Source: a virus
IMG/VR virus record: IMGVR_UViG_3300031673_000004
Span: 32,001 to 96,000 of that record
Strand: one strand, 5' to 3'
Length of the DNA stretch: 64,000 nt
Below, piece by piece: positions 61,954 to 64,000 of this stretch; position 1 is the first letter of the stretch, and each line of letters opens with the position of its first letter. The position numbers were made by a program, and so were the translations under genes. The notes below the pieces were generated by a model, which was not told where the DNA came from, did no database searches, and saw only the letters and a program-made list of their open reading frames with translations.

Positions 61954-62024
61954 TATATATAACAGACAGATAGTAATGTCAAGTAACTATTCAAGAGTTC
62001 AATCCCCTCACCACATATTTTTTT

Positions 62025-62095
62025 GGGTTGGTAGCTCAATGCTAGAGCGAGCGTATGCGCATAGCTGACACACGGTTCAATTCCTGTCCAGCCCA
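62025..62095 (+). ncRNA. tRNA-like RNA without a normal anticodon loop
   Basis: GGGTTGG/CCAGCCC acceptor, GCTC/GAGC D arm, TTCAATT T loop; anticodon arm is AGC-G-TATGCGCATA-GCT. Confidence 0.55.
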
Positions 62096-62098
62096 TAA

Positions 62099-62184
62099 TA
62101 CGAACGCCTGGAGATGTAGGTTTGAATCCTGCTCCCGTGGCAATTACGGGATAGTTTAAAGGAGAGAATACCAGGCCGTTTTTT
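62099..62184 (+). ncRNA. Circularly permuted tRNA-like RNA (YrlA/Y RNA-like) 1
   Basis: TACGAACG-CCTGG, T arm GTAGG/CCTGC, TCCCGTG-GCAAT-TACGGGA closed acceptor, D arm, CCAGG-CCGTT. Confidence 0.7.
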
Positions 62185-62213
62185 CAAGGTTTAGTAAGTT
62201 ATGGTATTTTAAC

Positions 62214-62242
62214 TTTACAAACTTTACATTCATGAGTATTAT
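62214..62242 (+). promoter_or_regulatory. Sigma-70 type promoter, probably giving a leaderless mRNA
   Basis: TTTACA-17 nt-TATTAT, ATG 6 nt downstream, no SD. Confidence 0.65.
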
Positions 62243-62248
62243 ATCCAC

Positions 62249-63031
62249 ATGGAACAAATCAAAAAATGCAAATTCGCTAATGGCACTGTTTACGCACTGC
62301 ACACAGATGATGGCTACCCAATTGAAACAACAGATACTTTTCTTCCCTTTTACACAAAAGATGCCATCGGAAAGCACCAAAACAAACTAGACAATTATCA
62401 GCTTGGGGATCGTTCGGAACGTTGGATGATCGGTGTTTCTGTAATGTCAGGTTGCCCTGTGAAATGTCAATTTTGTGCAACGGGGCAACTTCCAAGGTAC
62501 CGAAATCTTACAAGTGATGAAATTGTTGATCAAGTTCGATTTGTCCTTCAGCAACACCCAACATTAGAATTCAGCAAAGCTAAAGAACACAAAATAAATT
62601 ACACTAGAATAGGTGAACCGTTTTTATGTATTGATTCCGTGAGAAAAGCAATCGGAGAGATTGAAAAAATATACCCAAATACTCATCATTATGTTTCTAC
62701 TATTGGAATCAAAGGATCCGATTTTTCCTGGATTCAAGAAAATATAACATTACAAATATCATTGCATGCATGTTCTGACCAGCGTAGAGATGAATTAATC
62801 CCATTTCGCAATAAAATGACTATAGAAGAGTTAGGGGCAATTCGAACCAAAAGCAAATTGAAGACAACATTGAATCTTACTCTTGTAAATAAAGATGATT
62901 TTGACATAGAAATTTTGAAAAAATATTTCCCTCCAAAGTATTTCTTCATCAAGCTAAGCCCTATCAATCCTAATACAGTTTCGGAAGCACATGGATTAGA
63001 CAGTGTAATCGAAGCAGTTAACTTAGTCTGA
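62249..63031 (+). CDS. RlmN/Cfr-like radical SAM protein lacking the C-terminal catalytic tail
   Basis: SGCPVKCQFCATG, RNLTSDEIVDQV, RIGEP, STIG, LQISLHA...RDELIP. Confidence 0.88.
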   Translation: MEQIKKCKFANGTVYALHTDDGYPIETTDTFLPFYTKDAIGKHQNKLDNYQLGDRSERWMIGVSVMSGCPVKCQFCATGQLPRYRNLTSDEIVDQVRFVLQQHPTLEFSKAKEHKINYTRIGEPFLCIDSVRKAIGEIEKIYPNTHHYVSTIGIKGSDFSWIQENITLQISLHACSDQRRDELIPFRNKMTIEELGAIRTKSKLKTTLNLTLVNKDDFDIEILKKYFPPKYFFIKLSPINPNTVSEAHGLDSVIEAVNLV

Positions 63032-63043
63032 AAGGAGCTTATC

Positions 63044-63163
63044 ATGGCGGAAATTATGGAGCAATTGGATGAGGCTGGTTACGATTACGCAATTGCCATT
63101 GCAACACAAGCAGAAATCGATGCAGGTGCAGCTTGTGGGCAGCTTTCCATCATTGTAGAGTAA
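63044..63163 (+). CDS. 39-aa peptide carrying the RlmN C-terminal AACGQL motif (absent from ORF track)
   Basis: AAGGAG then MAEIMEQLDEAGYDYAIAIATQAEIDAGAACGQLSIIVE; in frame with upstream TGA. Confidence 0.85.
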   Translation: MAEIMEQLDEAGYDYAIAIATQAEIDAGAACGQLSIIVE

Positions 63164-63170
63164 CTTTTAT

Positions 63171-63276
63171 GCCGGGAGTGGATGAGTGCCGATATCACCA
63201 GAGTGGACAGTGGGGATAGCGGGTTTCTCCGGAGTGCCCGTCCGCCACGCAGAGTTCAAGTCTCTGCCTCCCGGTC
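63171..63276 (+). ncRNA. Enlarged tRNA-like RNA (acceptor and T arm, atypical middle)
   Basis: GCCGGGAG/CTCCCGGT, GCAGAG-TTCAAGT-CTCTGC, internal GTGG/CCAC and GCGGGT/GCCCGT. Confidence 0.55.
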
Positions 63277-63294
63277 TTGTCTGAACCTACACGG

Positions 63295-63447
63295 TTGCTC
63301 TGAGGCGCGGCAGCGCCTGGGTTGCGGTTGTGGAGCTTCTACATACAAAGCCAATCTGCGTCTGCCGACAAAAGGAAAGGCATGTAGGGAAGCAATGGAG
63401 CCGGGTGGCGGAATCCGGCCAGAGCAAAACGGGTTGTCGGATGCAGC
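63295..63447 (+). ncRNA. Multi-helix, possibly pseudoknotted RNA candidate
   Basis: TTGCTCTG/CAGAGCAA, AGGCGC/GCGCCT, GCTTC-TACAT/ATGTAG-GAAGC, CCGACAA/TTGTCGG. Confidence 0.5.
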
Positions 63448-63455
63448 AGTTTATT

Positions 63456-63654
63456 GTAAATTACGAATCCCGGAGATCGCCGGTTCGAATCCGGTCAGGG
63501 TAACACCACGGCTAATCTGAATTTTACAAAGTCTAGCTAACATGTAAAATTCCCTTGAACCGATCTTCAGTTCGCGGCTGTCGAAGAGTTCATTGAACAA
63601 GATTAATACGGGATATATCCTGTAGCTCAGTGGTTAGAGCACCGGGAATTTTAC
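63456..63654 (+). ncRNA. Circularly permuted tRNA-like RNA (YrlA/Y RNA-like) 2 with structured insert
   Basis: TACGAA-TCCCGG, T arm GCCGG/CCGGT, CAGGGTA ... TATCCTG-TAGCTCAGTGGTTAGAGCA-CCGGGA. Confidence 0.75.
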
Positions 63655-63725
63655 GCGGGTATGGCCGACTGGATAGGCTCAGGGCCTCCAACCCTGCTAA
63701 GCACGTTCGATTCGTGTTGCCCGCT
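63655..63725 (+). tRNA. tRNA-Gly(UCC), C33
   Basis: GCGGGTA/TGCCCGC, U73; CAGGG-CCTCCAA-CCCTG. Confidence 0.85.
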
Positions 63726-63728
63726 TAT

Positions 63729-63801
63729 GACAGTGTAGCCAAATGGTAAGGCACTGGTCTGCAAAACCAGTATGTGATGGGTTCAAATCCCTCCGCTGTC
63801 T
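63729..63801 (+). tRNA. tRNA-Cys(GCA)
   Basis: GACAGTG/CGCTGTC, U73; CTGGT-CTGCAAA-ACCAG. Confidence 0.92.
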
Positions 63802-63804
63802 TTT

Positions 63805-63877
63805 GCCGGGGTGACGGAAAGGTATACGTGCTGCTCTCAAAAAGCAGATTTTGTCGGTTCGAATCCGACTCCCGGTA
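63805..63877 (+). tRNA. tRNA-Leu(CAA), short variable loop
   Basis: GCCGGGG/TCCCGGT; CTGCT-CTCAAAA-AGCAG. Confidence 0.88.
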
Positions 63878-63898
63878 TAATGTTAATAGGAGATAAGC

Positions 63899-64000
63899 AT
63901 GTACAGAGTATGGGTTACACAAGGACAAGGCCCAGGTGAAAAACCTCAATGTGAATTTGAAACATTAGAAGAGGCACTCGCAGAAGTAGAAAAAATGAAA
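63899..64000 (+). CDS. 3'-truncated hypothetical protein
   Basis: AGGAG before ATG 63899; open to window end. Confidence 0.6.
   Translation, partial: MYRVWVTQGQGPGEKPQCEFETLEEALAEVEKMK

Noticed and set aside
61990-62015. tRNA 3' fragment GAGTTCAATCCCCTCACCA
   Set aside because: No matching 5' half found; too short to call.
63029-63043. Selenocysteine or genome-wide TGA recoding joining the radical SAM ORFs
   Set aside because: TGA is a normal stop elsewhere (many ATGA overlaps), no UCA tRNA is seen, and the downstream ORF has its own AAGGAG. Low-level read-through is not excluded.
58263-63450. tmRNA, RNase P RNA or SRP RNA among the structured regions
   Set aside because: I could not find their hallmarks (tmRNA termini with tag ORF, RNase P GAGGAAAGTCC core, SRP helix 8 motif); a covariance search is still warranted.
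58197-63949. Short ORFs over the RNA island (58197, 58252, 61504, 61776, 63182, 63725)
   Set aside because: They run across tRNAs or structured RNA and lack SD sites or protein motifs.

Overview
AT-rich 64 kb segment of a large (jumbo-type) dsDNA bacteriophage genome. Every credible gene is on the + strand and TAA, TAG and TGA all serve as stops. From left to right: (1) thyX, a DUF3310-glycosyltransferase fusion and an HNH-RuvC fusion; (2) a ~20 kb glycan block (about a dozen glycosyltransferases, methyltransferases including two TylF paralogues, an RmlB-like dehydratase, a DegT aminotransferase, WecB) interrupted by an Endo VII-type homing endonuclease; (3) a replication/recombination block (SF2 helicase, DnaC-like loader, DnaB, stand-alone CHC2 finger, UDG-PolA fusion, RecA, SSB-like, SbcD/SbcC, class II RNR) carrying four inteins; (4) acidic, modular, probably virion-associated proteins with recurring basic-x-Ala junctions; (5) a ~6.5 kb RNA island with seven conventional tRNAs, boxA sites and several non-canonical RNAs. 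The RNA island holds the most novel signals: an RlmN/Cfr-like radical SAM enzyme lacking the resolving Cys whose catalytic AACGQL tail is a separate 39-aa ORF, two circularly permuted tRNA-like RNAs resembling YrlA Y RNAs, three covarying tandem hairpins before a TerD-like-domain gene, three tRNAs with C33 instead of U33, and large structured ncRNA candidates. All calls come from motif recognition and manual pairing; no searches or folding programs were run.
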